Positions 40,546 to 54,999 of a stretch of DNA of 64,000 nt are shown here, in pieces. The notes under the pieces are model-generated. The model made no database searches. It was not told the DNA's origin and saw only the letters and a program-made list of their open reading frames with translations. Origin of the DNA: Octopus vulgaris (Eukaryota). The translations under genes were made by a program, and so were the position numbers. The first letter of the stretch is position 1; the number at the start of each line of letters is the position of its first letter. The stretch is taken from positions 5,084,001 to 5,148,000 of the forward strand of contig OX597826.1 in assembly GCA_951406725.2 (NCBI GenBank), given 5' to 3'.

Positions 40546-42499
40546 TAGGCGTGTGTGTGGTTAAGAAACATGCTTTGCAAACATCTAGTTCCAGGTTCAG
40601 TTCTACTGCGCAGTGCCCCGGGCAAAATGACTTCTACGATAGAGATGGATTCATTCTATAAATTGTGTGTAATAATTGTAAAGCTGTCGAGAAATAAACA
40701 CCATACGAAAACACAATTGAACAACGTATAAAAGTGGGGGGTAAATAATACCCAACCCACTCATGAATAAAACCCATACTTCGGCCATGTTGTCTGTGAG
40801 AGCACCAACTCTTCGAAATTATATTTCCGATCATATAAACCACTTCGAATATTATTTTACCAAGTTTAGACTGATTTTTTTTCTACCGTAAACCATTTAC
40901 CATTTCTGTGGTGCTCCCCCAACACCTTTCTCTTGATGACCTGAGGACGTGGTTGTTTTTCTTAATAGTTAATTTAGCGCTGCTTGTAAGTAAAATTAGA
41001 ACACAGGACCCTTGTAAAACCATTTGAGTGCATTGTGTAACTAATTCAAAATGTGCTGTTTTGACGCAAATTATTTTGGCAAAATTGTCTGTCGCTGGTT
41101 CTTCATGAGAATAGTCAGTTCAGGAGGAATTAGTTCAGTTGAAGGAACGATAGAATGCTTAGCCATCGTCTTTACAGTTGTTTAATGGTTACTTCGTGAA
41201 GTGAGAGAAATCCGTCATGTACCTGTTGTTATATTTATCTAACTAATGAAATAGTTACTCTACAATATATATTTTATTCATAACCACATCAAGTATAGTG
41301 TGTGGGGAAAATATTTTCTCAAGCAATCATTTCTAAATAGTATTCAGATACTTCTGAAAGATAAACAATGGCCATGTTGCAATTTAGATTGATTTCAAAG
41401 TATCGAAATGTTTCCCTTCTTAATTGCGTGGCATCTTGGGCAAGTGTATCCTACAATAGCCTCGGGTCGACCAAAGTCTTGTGGGTGGGTTTGGTAGACG
41501 GAAACTGAAAGAAGGCCGTCATGTATATTACTTCAGGTTTCAACAGAAATTATCCTATGTTTTAAGATTGTTCATTTTAAAGTTTAATTGTAATTAAAGA
41601 AGTGTCTAGAAAGTAAATTAAGCTATGTCATCAAGAACGGGAACAGAGAACAATCAAATCAGAATATATGGTCTTCAGTCAAGTATACAATACTAATATA
41701 GAGATTAAGAACTTTAATTAATTGTGAATAATTAAACTTTGATAATAGTCGTTGATCCATTTGGTTTCGAACATTTTGTTTTTAAATCTAGGTGTTTAAA
41801 ACTCATCAAAATATTTAATAATTCCACTGGAAAGTGAACAATAACAAGTTATTGGCTACTTAAATCTAATAATTTTATTTCAACGGCAGTTCAGCTAAGT
41901 TGGGTGGGTGGGGTCTCTATGTGTTTGCTCGACCTCTGTTAGCAGCAGCATAGAAATTGTCTGCAAAATCACACACTACATCTTAAAAATAGAAGAACGC
42001 ATTGGATATTATATCTGAATAAAGAAGACACATTAGTCATGACTAAACATAGTTCTCCTCGATTAGAACTGACCTCGGGCTGAACAACAACAACAACAAC
42101 AACTCCATAAACAGTGGGACTAATATCTAAGATAGAACTTAAAGTCTGCAAATTCTTATAAACGTTGCAATCACAGCACTTTATTTCCTATTCATTATAG
42201 GTACAATTTGTTTGTTTTTTTTTTCTTTTTCGAATCTACAATGGTGGAATTGCAGAATTCTTTCAAATCTAATGGTCATATAAAATGATCGATTCCTGAA
42301 GTGCTTGTTTCTCTGGCATTTAAGAAATCGATAACTGCATGACCTTTCGTATTTCCAAGAGAAGAAATAGAAAAAAAAAAATTCTCCTATAAAGACATGT
42401 ACCAAAGTTAGAGTATTAGTCAATACAATGCAAACAAGTGACGCATATTGCTGTATTAGGATAACATATGGAATCCTAATAAACTGGTAGTGAACTACC

Positions 42500-42850
42500 T
42501 TGGTCATAGTCTGTCCATAGAGAATTTCACAGCAAGGGTGAAAGTAATAAGTTTGAGATTTGTAGAGGTTAAGCATTTGGTTCTTACTTTTCGTCTGACA
42601 GTAAGGAAACGAAAAGAAGGGTAGATAGGCGTGAAAAGAAAACTTTAGCAATGTTACTTGGATTGGTGGTGACTGTATGGCCGAAAAATTCACATTGGGA
42701 GATTGGGTGGGCAGTGTGTTGTTGAGAGAGGGAGAGGAAGTGAAAGAGAAAGTGAGAGGTTTTGTAAGCTTCAGAAAAGCCAGGTGTGTGATGTGGAGGA
42801 AGGAAAGAAATGCTAAAGAATTATGGTGGGGATGAGAGAACAAGTATGTC
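42500..42850 (-). pseudogene. Decayed LINE ORF2 fragment
   Basis: Minus strand ...NQMLNLYKSQT resembles the LL.LYK.QIRP.LEY motif downstream of the RT domain. Same purine-rich plus-strand bias as 30400-31420. Confidence 0.4.
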
Positions 42851-43374
42851 ATACGACTGTAAAGACCGGCATAAAAAGTTCAAGGGAGGTGACTATAGAG
42901 AAACCATTAAGTGGTGGCATAGACACATATAATACAAATATTCATAGATGTAGGCATTTATGTGAATCGACGAGCAGAAATAGATTTACTTATTTTGTTT
43001 TAATTATAAATGATATAAATAACTTAGAATGAAGAAAAGAGAGAAGAAAAAGAACGAAATGGTTTTCGTTTAGTAGCACAAACAATTAGCAAGTTTCTTT
43101 GCTACTCTGTGCTAAAGAAGCATTTATAGAATTGATTTATTTCTTGCAGGTTGTTCATGAACACGAGTAATGATAATTAATCACCGAACATTATTAATCC
43201 TCTTAATTAGGTAATATGAAATTTTATTTAAATCCAATCTGTAGTTATTTCGAAAACATTCAAACTTATATCTTAAAATACATAATCATAAAACTAACCT
43301 CTAATTCCTAAAAATTACTGGCCTTATATCTATATTTGAAAACTTCATTATCATTATTCAAGCGGAATTTCGTT

Positions 43375-43750
43375 CACCTTTACGTTCTGAGTTCGAATTC
43401 GTCGATTTCAACTTAGCCTTTCATCCTATCGTGGTCGATTGAATAAGTCTCAGTCAAGCAATGGATTCGATGTAATCGACTATTCGCCCCCTTTGAAATT
43501 TCAGGCCACGTGTCTTTAATATTCAGAAGTATTATTATTATTACTAAACAGCAAGCTGGCAGAAGCGTTAACACGCCGAGCAAAATACTTAGCATTTCAC
43601 GCTTCTTTTGGTTCTCAGTTCAAATCCCGATAAGGTTGACTTTGCCTTTCGGCGTTTCTGGTCGGTAAAATGAGTACCAGTTGCGCACTGGAGGTAGCGG
43701 TATCAGATTATCATCCTCCCTTCAAATGTCAGGTCTTGTATCTACAGTAG
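43375..43750 (+). mobile_element. Two decayed Nin-like SINEs
   Basis: gttctgagttcgaattc...gcctttcatcc and agctggcagaagcgttaacacgccg...ggtcggtaaaatgagtaccag. Confidence 0.7.
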
Positions 43751-44437
43751 ATGGGATCATTACTGTTGTTATCTTAATAAGATCTATTGTGATGTTATTA
43801 TCAGATCTGTATGTGTGGCACATAGTAAAGCGTTGAGTCGTAGTGAATTTCGTCGGTTGATGATCGAGTTCAAATTCAGCCAGTCGGCTTCGACATATTA
43901 ATTGGTCTGAAGGAAATATTTACTATATTAAGTTCAACAGAGTACAGTTAATCCAACGCATCATAAATGTGTGCAAATGTACAAATTATACCATGTATAA
44001 TAAATTTATATATGGCCTCGTGGTCGACATCCGACCGAGGTTCACCAAAACGGATACCTTTAGGATCTTTGAACAATTCTTTACCACTCAGACTACGAGG
44101 AGGAGAAACAGGAGAGAAAGAAGCCACGTAATTTTGAAGTTATGTGCAGACTAAATCTGATCTGCTTTGTTCCTCTACCAAATAACTCGTATGCCACAAA
44201 GCTTATGTTCTGCCAGACACCTCACTTCCTTGTATAAGGAAGGTCAATCTAGGTACAAATGATGATGTGTAACCCAGTAAACTTGTCTCATAATCGGTCC
44301 GGTGACTAAATCGGCAACGCTACGAAGCCTGCTTCGTGTGGAGGGTGTTTGTTTCTGACACGTTTCAGGATGAAAAGCATTAACAGTCAACAGACGCCCA
44401 AATGTGAATGGGTGCGTACATTTACACATGATTGAGG

Positions 44438-45301
44438 GGATCTATTCAATTCGACGGACAGATTTTATAATTAATTTCTTTTAAAAACTAAACACTTTGA
44501 AACTACGGATACTAGTAGAATGTGTCACATAGAACAGCATTTACTCTTAACGTTTTTGACAAAATTTTGTATTTTAGAAGTTATTTCGTGTTAAAATTGT
44601 TCGATTTTGGGTAATTTGAACTAATCAATGATGTGTATTCAGCTGAAGAAAATTACTGCTGCTGTTTGCGAACAACAACTTCCAGGTCCATACCAATGAA
44701 AGAGCCTCTACCTGGTTGCTCGACACGCTAAAATAGCAGCCAAAGTATCCCCTACCTAAATCACATACAGGCAACGTCGTTGGTCTGTCTCAGTAATAAT
44801 TTTGTTGTTATTTAGCCTCAAATCAACCCTAATACAGCAATCCTATCATGAAATACATTCCAGCCTTCAGCAAACCATCTTTTTAGGGATATTCTTGGAC
44901 ATTACGTAATATGAATTTTTATTTAAATCCAATTCGTAGTTATTTCGAAAACATTTTATGTTTTCGAAATAACTACGTGTGATTTAGTTAGGGGAATAGA
45001 TACTTTGGCTGCTATTTTTAGCGTGTCGAGCGAGTAGGTAGAGGCTCCTTCGTTGGTATGGACCCGGAAGTTGTTGTTCGCAAACAGCAGCAGTAATTTT
45101 CTTCAGCTGAATAAACGTCATTGATTGGTTAAAATTACCCAAATACAATTTTAACATGAAATAGCTTCTAAAATATCAAAACTGTCAAAAACGTGAAGAG
45201 TAAAACCTGTTCTATGTGACACATTCTACCAGTCTCCGTAGTTTCAAAGTGTTTAGTTAAAAAAATCAAAAAAAAATCTGTCCGTCAAATGGAATAGATC
45301 C
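44438..45301. mobile_element. Foldback element with about 325-bp inverted arms and 8-bp TSD
   Basis: Ends GGATCTATTC...GAATAGATCC. Perfect TSD GATTGAGG (44430-44437 and 45302-45309). Arms about 44438-44765 and 44978-45301. Confidence 0.9.
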
Positions 45302-45811
45302 GATTGAGGTAACCATAAATCATAGGCATTTTATAGTAGAAGGAAAACCTCAATATATATATATGCACACATATACATATATTTGCGTCCTCAGTTTGTT
45401 TCGTAAGATGTATTGGAGCTCATGAAACTTCTTCTTTGTCAACAGTAATTTCTTACATTCGTTCTCCATCTTTATGGAGAACGAATGTGAGAAAGGGAAA
45501 AAATTACCTAAGTACAGGTGTCGTACTTCCTTTGTGGTATTTCCTTTCCTGACACTGAAAGCGGACCACGTCAAGTTCAACTCGCCGATATTTGAACTCA
45601 GAGTGCAAAGGGCCGGATTGAATACTTCAAGTATTCACACACACACATTTCTATGTATATATTTATGTACGTATGGACGTATGTATGTGTGAGTATCTAT
45701 GTTCTTTTTCTTCTTTCTTTTTACTCTTTGTTCGAATTTTTCTGAGAAGCAAGAATATTAGTTTTTAGCATAGAAGCAAAGTACCAACACTGCGATTTTG
45801 GAAACAACCAT

Positions 45812-46236
45812 GGATTTTTTCGGTTTGAACGGCAGTTTTTAACATAATTTCTAGGTAACTAAAAACATTTAAACCTCGTATACTGGTAGAATGTGTTCAT
45901 AAAACATCTTTTTCTCTTGGCTTTATTGAGAAAATTCTATAGTTTATAAGATATTTGTTCTTTTTTTTCTTCAATTTCTGCAATTTCAACCAATCAGTGA
46001 CGTCTATTGAGTTAAAAAACACTCTGTGCCGTATGAATATGTCCCTCGTTTAAGAAACAGATCGGGTTTATTTACATTTGTGAAGAAAAAAAGATACCCT
46101 TCCCCCACCTCTAACCCTAACTAACCCTAACCCTAAAAGAGATTGAAATGCAATAGATCGATTTTAGGGTCATAATTATGGGTGACAATTTCATATGACA
46201 CCGCTAGAAAAACTGCCGTTCAAACCGAAAAGATCC
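45812..46236. mobile_element. MITE, inverted copy of 9348-9779
   Basis: Same TIRs and interior in reverse. TSD ACAACCAT / ACAACAAT (8 bp, one mismatch). Confidence 0.9.
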
Positions 46237-47092
46237 ACAACAATTATAATTGTTACTGTTTCATGATGAACGTAAGAAATGTCTAGTTTATTTTTGCAGT
46301 TCCATTTCCAGATTAAATTTGTAAATAGCGTTTTTAGCAGGTCACTTAAACATTTACTAACATAATCAAGTGCACCAATAATTAATGGGATACATTTGAA
46401 ATTGCAGCCAGAGTAGAAAAGCATTAGATTTCCAAGCAGTTATCCATAAATATTTACTTTCTTCCTGATTTAGATTATGCTTTCCCCCTCTTCAGGGTAT
46501 TTAATATCCACGACTATAAATTAATTTTTTTCTTTTCTGTTTGCAATTTGTAGGATTTTTTATGCTGATGTTCCATCAATATTCTTTGTTTTTCAATGCA
46601 TATATGTTTTCAGTAACAGGTGTGTTGTTTATATTTATTCCAGGACAGTCTTTTCTGTGAATAACATAGTGCATTGTTTTAGCAAGTACAACAGCTTAAC
46701 GTAAATATAATCGATATTTACGGCTGTATCTTGGGAGTTTAAGGGTTTTATTTTCTTGTTTGTTCATTAAATATTTCGTAGCTTTCTACTGCTTCTGCAT
46801 TGCAAAAGTATAAACTTCAGGGTTTGCCATGATGTAATGTTCATGAGGCCAGGAGAAGCTACACTTCAATTTAACAATATCATCCGCCTCGTGTTTAGGG
46901 GAATCATACCTACCCATCACATTATTTTGTGGCACGCAGAATCATTCTTTTCCAAGTATTTGCTGAGGTATACGACTCCTTTTCTTATCGGATCACATAG
47001 GGAATCATTAGGGAGTGAATGTTTCTTGAGGATTTCACATCCGACTCGCAGGATATTATTCACAGCATTTTTGAGCGCTTACTTGATATTGT

Positions 47093-47935
47093 CTCCCCAA
47101 CATTGCTTGTCAACCGATGCTGGTATGTCCCCGTAACTGAACGGTTCGGCAAAAGACATCGAAAGAATAAGACGGCGAGCTGGCAGAAACGTTAGCACGC
47201 CGGGCGAAATGCTTTGTGGTATTTCGTCCGCCGCTGCGTTCTGAGTTCAAATTCCTACGAGGTCGACTTTACCTTTCATCATTTCGGGGTCGATAAATTA
47301 AGTACCAGTTACGCGCTGCGGTCAATGTAATCGACTTAATCTGTTTGTCTGTCCTTGTTTGTCACCTCTATGTTTAGCCCCTTGTGGGTAGTAAAGGAGA
47401 AGAAAAAGAAGGCGGTGAGCTGGCAGAAACGTTAGCACGCCGGGCAAAATGCGTAGCCGTATTTCGTCTGCTGTTACGTTCTGAGTTCAAATTCCGCCGA
47501 GGTCGACTTTGCCTTTCACCTTTTCGGGGTCGATAAATTAAGTACCAGTTACGCACTGGGATCGATATAATCGACATATTCCGTTTGTCTGACCTTGTTT
47601 GTCATGTCTTTGTTTAGCCCCTTGTGGGTAGTAAAGAAATAGGTATTTCGTCTGCCGTTACGTTCTGAGTTCAAATTCCGCCGAGGTCGACTTTGCCTTT
47701 CAATCTTTCGGGGTCGATAAATTAAGTACCAGTTACGCGCTGGAGTCGATATAATCGACTTAACCCGTTTGTCTGTCTTTGTTTGTCCCTTCTGTGTTTA
47801 GCTACTTGTGGGCAATAAAGAAATAAGAATAAGTACTAGGCATACAAAGAATAAATCCTGGTGTCGATTTGCTCGTCTAAAGGCAGTGCTCCCGCATGGC
47901 CCCAGTCAAATAACTGAAATAAATAAAAGAATAAA
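47093..47935 (+). mobile_element. Three tandem Nin-like SINE units nested inside a major-family SINE tail
   Basis: The host SINE tail is split at AAGAATAAG, which is duplicated at about 47163-47171 and 47825-47833. Inserted units start at about 47171, 47409 and 47641; the third lacks its head. Confidence 0.85.
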
Positions 47936-48805
47936 TGTATATAGACTTGCACACACACTCACACAGACACACACACGCACACACACACACAGACGTACAC
48001 ACACACACACACGTACACACACACACACACGTACACACACTTATACAGAAGGGGATATATATTGTTTCATTGAACTTCCTGGTGCCAAAATTATATACTC
48101 TCCAAACAAGAACTTAATCATGATGATGCTGATGATTTTAGTGCCGAACCGAATAGCATAGAAATTTTTGTTAAAGGAAACGACAATTGTTAAACTCGGC
48201 ACCAGCAACTACTGAAGCGGCCTATGTGGGGGTTCTGTATAAGGCAGTGTAGTAGTTAGTTAATCAGTACACGCTAGGATGAGTCTAGTTAAGGGTGGGA
48301 GTCGGGTCATTAGTAAGGTTAAGTATGCCTTCGAGCCAAAAAGCGCAGAATGGGTCACTAAAACACACTAACTCTTCCATACAGAACAACTTAAATAAGT
48401 TAATATGTGCATAGCTTATTCAACCTTGAACGGAAGAAAATATAACTAAACAAAATAAAACGTGAACATAAACAGATAGAAACGAACGTTAAAAAAGGCA
48501 TAAAACAAGGCGTAATATTTTTTTAAATATGTCAAAATAGTCTCACGAAAAAAAAACACAAAATGTAAAAAGAAAGTAAAAACATGATAGAACAAGAAAA
48601 AAAACAAAGAAAATTTACTCAACGGTAACAACAAAAACAAGGAAAAAATAATTGAGCTCTTGAAGTTCGTTTATTTTTCTAAATTAACCAACACACACGC
48701 ACACATGTTTATATATATATACATACATATATATATATGTGTGTGTATATAGGTGTATATATATATGTATATATATGTACGTATATATGTATATATATAT
48801 GTATG

Positions 48806-48863
<58 letters not shown>

Positions 48864-49317
48864 GTATATATATACACACATATATGTCTATGCACATATA
48901 TAACAATAAACAAAGTATTGTAAAAACAAAAAAAAACTTGAAGCTAGACTTGTTGATGAGAAAGCGTGGTGGTACTTGTTGCATTTAGTTTTTAAGCTCA
49001 ACACATTTTAAGGCAAACAAGCAACGCACAGATCTGAACGATGTGTTATAATTAATGCTTATTTTACACCGGCATTGTTTGTAAAACATTCAAACAATGT
49101 GTCAAAATTGCCACCATATACATATACATCCATATATATGTTTATACAGACACAGACACACATACGCATGTGTATTATTGCCAACGTACCTGCCTGCTTA
49201 CCTACCTACCTACCTACACATACACACACATATATATATATATACACGTATATATAAATATATATACACATATACGTAGATATATATGCACATATATATA
49301 ATTATATATACACACAC

Positions 49318-49356
<39 letters not shown>

Positions 49357-49430
49357 CACATATATATATAAATATATATACACATATATGCAAATATATA
49401 TACACATATATATATATAAATATATATACA

Positions 49431-49491
<61 letters not shown>

Positions 49492-50289
49492 ATATATGTA
49501 TGTATTTATGTATGTGTGTGTTTCCATGTTTGTATGTGTTATTAGTCTGGGGCCAACTAATAGACCCCTTTTGCATATGAAATTTCACTTCATATTCTTT
49601 GTGGAAGCAAACCCACACTGACAAAACGTATACCAAACAACAACAGTAGCAACAACAACAACAACAACACGTATGCCAAACAACAACAGTAGCAACAACA
49701 ACAACAACACTAATATACAGACACTTATACCAAAAATGTTACAAAATGAAAAACAAAATAAACGGAAAGAAAATAAACTGAAGCATATGTACTTCTAATT
49801 AAGTTCGCTTTATGAAAGCTTTGCACACGAGAAAATATTGGACTTAATCATGCATGCTTAGTTAGACACATATGTCCATTGTATGTGTGCGCGCGCGTGC
49901 GTCTGTAAGTACATGTGCCCGTCTGTTTGCTGTGTGAGTGTGCGTATGTGTGTGTATCTGTGTTTGTATATTCGTGTGTTATTTGGTGTAAAAATTTAAG
50001 TATTTGTTTTTGTTTGTCTGCTTTTAAATTTCTGAATGTCTCAGTTAGGAATAGTCGTTATAAGTATGTGAGTAATTATGCCAATATGTGCGTTTGTAAC
50101 CGTATGCAAAAGCACTAAAATCTCACGTATACATATTTTGAAGCACACACACATACACACACACACGCCCACTCACACTAATACATGTATAACCGTATTA
50201 GTCATTTATCTAAGGCCATACTGGAGCGCTACCTTCAGGAAACATAGTTGTTTTAAAATTTTAGCATAAGGGCACTCATTTCGGAGGAG

Positions 50290-50463
50290 GAAGTAAGTCT
50301 GTCACGTCGGCCCCAGGGTTCAACTGGTTCTAAATTTATTGACCCCAAAAGGCTGAAAGACAAAGTCGACCTCGCTGAATTTTGATCTCAAAACGTAAGG
50401 ACGGACGAAATGCTGCTAAGGATTTTGTCCGGCTCGCTAACGATGCTGCCAGCTTGCTGCCTT
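50290..50463 (-). mobile_element. Nin-like SINE (diverged)
   Basis: caaagtcgacctcgctgaatttt...cgctaacgatgctgccagcttgctgcctt. Confidence 0.75.
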
Positions 50464-50778
50464 ACAACGTTAAATGTTTCATTGATGTATGTTTCTCAAT
50501 TATTTATGAGTTATGGGCCGTTAAAAGGCAACAAAAGAATACTGCTGTTTTAGAGCGGTGTACACATTATGTGGAGGCTATGACAATATACTTATGTCCA
50601 AGGAACGAAACGCGTTACGCGAAGCTGTGCTTATATGTATTTCAGTGTATGTGAGTATGTGTGTTTGTGTGTGTGACGGATGACGTAGGGGCGCTTATAT
50701 AACTAATAGAAATTATGAAACAGCTGTTACCTAATGGAATCAATATCTGTCTCTCACGTCATTTCTCTCATCTGCTTG

Positions 50779-50807
<29 letters not shown>

Positions 50808-50809
<2 letters not shown>

Positions 50810-50990
50810 ACTCTTTTACTTGTTTCAGTCATTTGACTGCGGTCATGCTGGAGCACCGCCTTTAGTCGAGCAAATCGAGCCCAGCACTTATTCTTTGTAA
50901 GCCTAGTACTTATTCTATCGGTCTCTTTTGCCGAACCGCTAGGTTACGGGGACACAAACACACCAGCATCGGTTGTCAAGCGATGTTGGG

Positions 50991-51021
<31 letters not shown>

Positions 51022-51177
51022 CATATATACGACGGGCTTCTTTAAGTTTCCTTCTACCAAATCCACTCACAAGGCCTTGATCAGCCCGAGGCTATAGTAG
51101 AAGACACTTGCCAAGGACTGAACCCTCAAACATGTGGCTGGTAAGCAAGCTACTTACCACACAGCCACTCCTGCGCC
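50808..51177 (-). mobile_element. Major tRNA-SINE, near full length
   Basis: Matches 5641-6030 and 37183-37590. Confidence 0.9.
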
Positions 51178-51190
51178 TAAAGTGTGTGAC

Positions 51191-51308
51191 GCTTACAGCA
51201 CCTAGGTTTCCCAACTGGTAACGCATCTAAGTACTAACTAGGCTCGACATCGCTTAACTTCTTTGCTCGGACGAGAACCGGTGCTTTCAACGTGATATGG
51301 CCGGAGGA
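51191..51308 (-). pseudogene. 5S rRNA pseudogene
   Basis: Minus strand cggccatatcacgttgaaagcaccggttctcgtccgagcaaagaagttaagcgatgtcgagcctagttagtacttagatgcgttaccagttgggaaacctaggtgctgtaagc follows metazoan 5S rRNA over about 118 nt with many substitutions. No oligo-T terminator; single copy. Confidence 0.88.
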
Positions 51309-52145
51309 GAGAGGGGTGCTTCTTGCTTTCATTCGTTGCATTTATTGTTGCGGAATAGGGAATAGGGACTTTAGAGACCTTATCGCATCTCAATTTCCTT
51401 GGAAGCATAAAAAGCTCGAAGTGGTCCGGAGCAACATTCTAGTTGTGCAGTGTAACGGTTCCGACAAAGTGAGAAAGAAATGGAGGCTAATGCATTTATG
51501 GAATTGAAAAGAGTGAATGGCGAAATTGACTTCAAAAAGATTTCATCTCAGAAAGAAATTTGCCAGAATAATTGCCATATTAAGTTCGCTATGGGCTGCG
51601 TTTTGCGTTGGATTTAGCTTTTGTTTTGATCAAGTTTAGCATTCGCATACAGACTTATTCCGTGAATCTTGGAAAAGATTTTGGATCGTGCGCATATGTC
51701 ACGTAGTTTCTAGTCGATGCAAAACTTATTTCCTAGACGATCCAAAGCTTTTAAATGTTAGTTAAATGTTAGTTGGATTTACATAGTAAGTATGAGCATG
51801 TCTAGATATGATAATATAGCAGGTGTGTCAAAATTATACGAAATCACTGGCATTTACATTCGACGGATATTTGTCCGTATCTTGTTTGTTGTTAACACAA
51901 CGTTTCGATCCATCACTGGAACTGTAAAGATCTGTAAAACTTTTCTGAATTTTATCATTTAAGTAAGTATGAGCATGTCTAGATATGATAATATATGCAT
52001 GAGAATACATACATAACACAAAATAATACGAATCTGCACATATACATACATACCATGTTGTAGATGTTGAAATTCAAATGAAGGAGCCTTGGGTCTAGGT
52101 TAGAAACCTTGAAATGCAACACAATAATGTCACACACAAACAAAC

Positions 52146-52670
52146 ACGTACATAGACACACAGACACATACATACATAAATACATACATACATACATACA
52201 CACATACATACATACATACACACATACATACATACACACATACATACATACATACACACATACATACATAGCATACATACATACATACAGCATACATACA
52301 TACATACATACACACATACATACATACATACATACATACACACATACATACATACATACATACATACATACATACATACATACATACATACATACATACA
52401 TACACACATACATACATACATACATACATACACACATACATACATACATACATACATACATACATACATACATACATACATACATACATACATACATACA
52501 TACATACATACATACATACATACACATACATACATACACATACATACATACATACATACATACATACATACATACATACATACATACATACATACATGCA
52601 TGCATACATACATACATACATACATACATACATACATACATACATACATACATACGTACATACATACATA
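52146..52670. repeat. (CATA)n tetranucleotide array, about 520 bp
   Basis: Direct reading of the sequence. Confidence 0.97.
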
Positions 52671-52933
52671 CGTTATGGCTACAACTTGAATTTAAGCAAT
52701 GTTATTGCTTCACTGTTCAAAGCTGCAGATGTGGATTTTCAGTCCTCCTCAGGATCAATTTTCTATGTACAGATGTGGTAGCGATGGCCGCCTCCTGCAG
52801 CAGATGTTCAAAAGTATCGACCACGCGATAAATTTCATTGAGGGTCATGTCTTATTTTGTGGTGCGGCCAGAGTTAAATATCATGCAACGCATAATAGAG
52901 ATATGTATATATACTTAAATATGATAGCAATTA

Positions 52934-53780
<847 letters not shown>

Positions 53781-53942
53781 CTTCTGTCTGTCTGTCTATT
53801 AACATCTTCAGGTTTCCTTTTTTTCTTCCATTTCTTCCTTATGTTTCATGCAGCTCTTTTAGGGATTTTAAAAATTTTTCTGGAGATATCTTAATATTAT
53901 TTTTTTATGCATCATATTATAATGTTGTTAATGTGGATGTCG

Positions 53943-54285
<343 letters not shown>

Positions 54286-54443
54286 CAGTTGTTGTTGCAG
54301 TTTCTCTAAAATACAGAAGATCCATTAAGCATTTTGGCCACACTGTATTGATTTTCTAACGTTTCCCATTAGATCTCAGTGAAGAATATTTACTCTTAGA
54401 CTTGTACGTTAATTTTTTATTTGCTCGCGTTGTCGTTATTCTA

Positions 54444-54475
<32 letters not shown>

Positions 54476-54633
54476 TGCTGCTGGTGTTGTTGTTATTGTT
54501 GTTCGCATGTTCTAAATTTTAGTTTTTCCTACCACTCTGTATTTTCCTCGTTTGTACTTCCCCTGTGACTGTTTTATCTTGTGCAGCGCGTGTTTATATA
54601 TACACACACACACACATATATATATATATGTAC

Positions 54634-54766
<133 letters not shown>

Positions 54767-54927
54767 ATATATATATATATATATGTATGTATACGCATAC
54801 ACATATCTACTGACAGATATAGGAATATATATATGCACTTATTCACATTAATATATACACATGTATATGGATAATTGCTTACACACATAGACACATACAC
54901 GAGCATCCGCACTCACACACATACACA

Positions 54928-54999
<72 letters not shown>

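Noticed and set aside
43150-43210. AG...GT bounded segment resembling a small exon (also a 10-nt one near 61482)
   Set aside because: No in-phase partner exons or coding signal; such sites are expected by chance.
47171-47825. Regular repeats superficially like a CRISPR array or satellite
   Set aside because: The units are about 230-bp SINE copies without unique spacers, in eukaryotic DNA.
49627-49708. Tandem duplication of about 43 bp containing (CAA)n; also a diverged duplication of about 140 bp at 2985-3190
   Set aside because: Ordinary local slippage duplications with no further structure.
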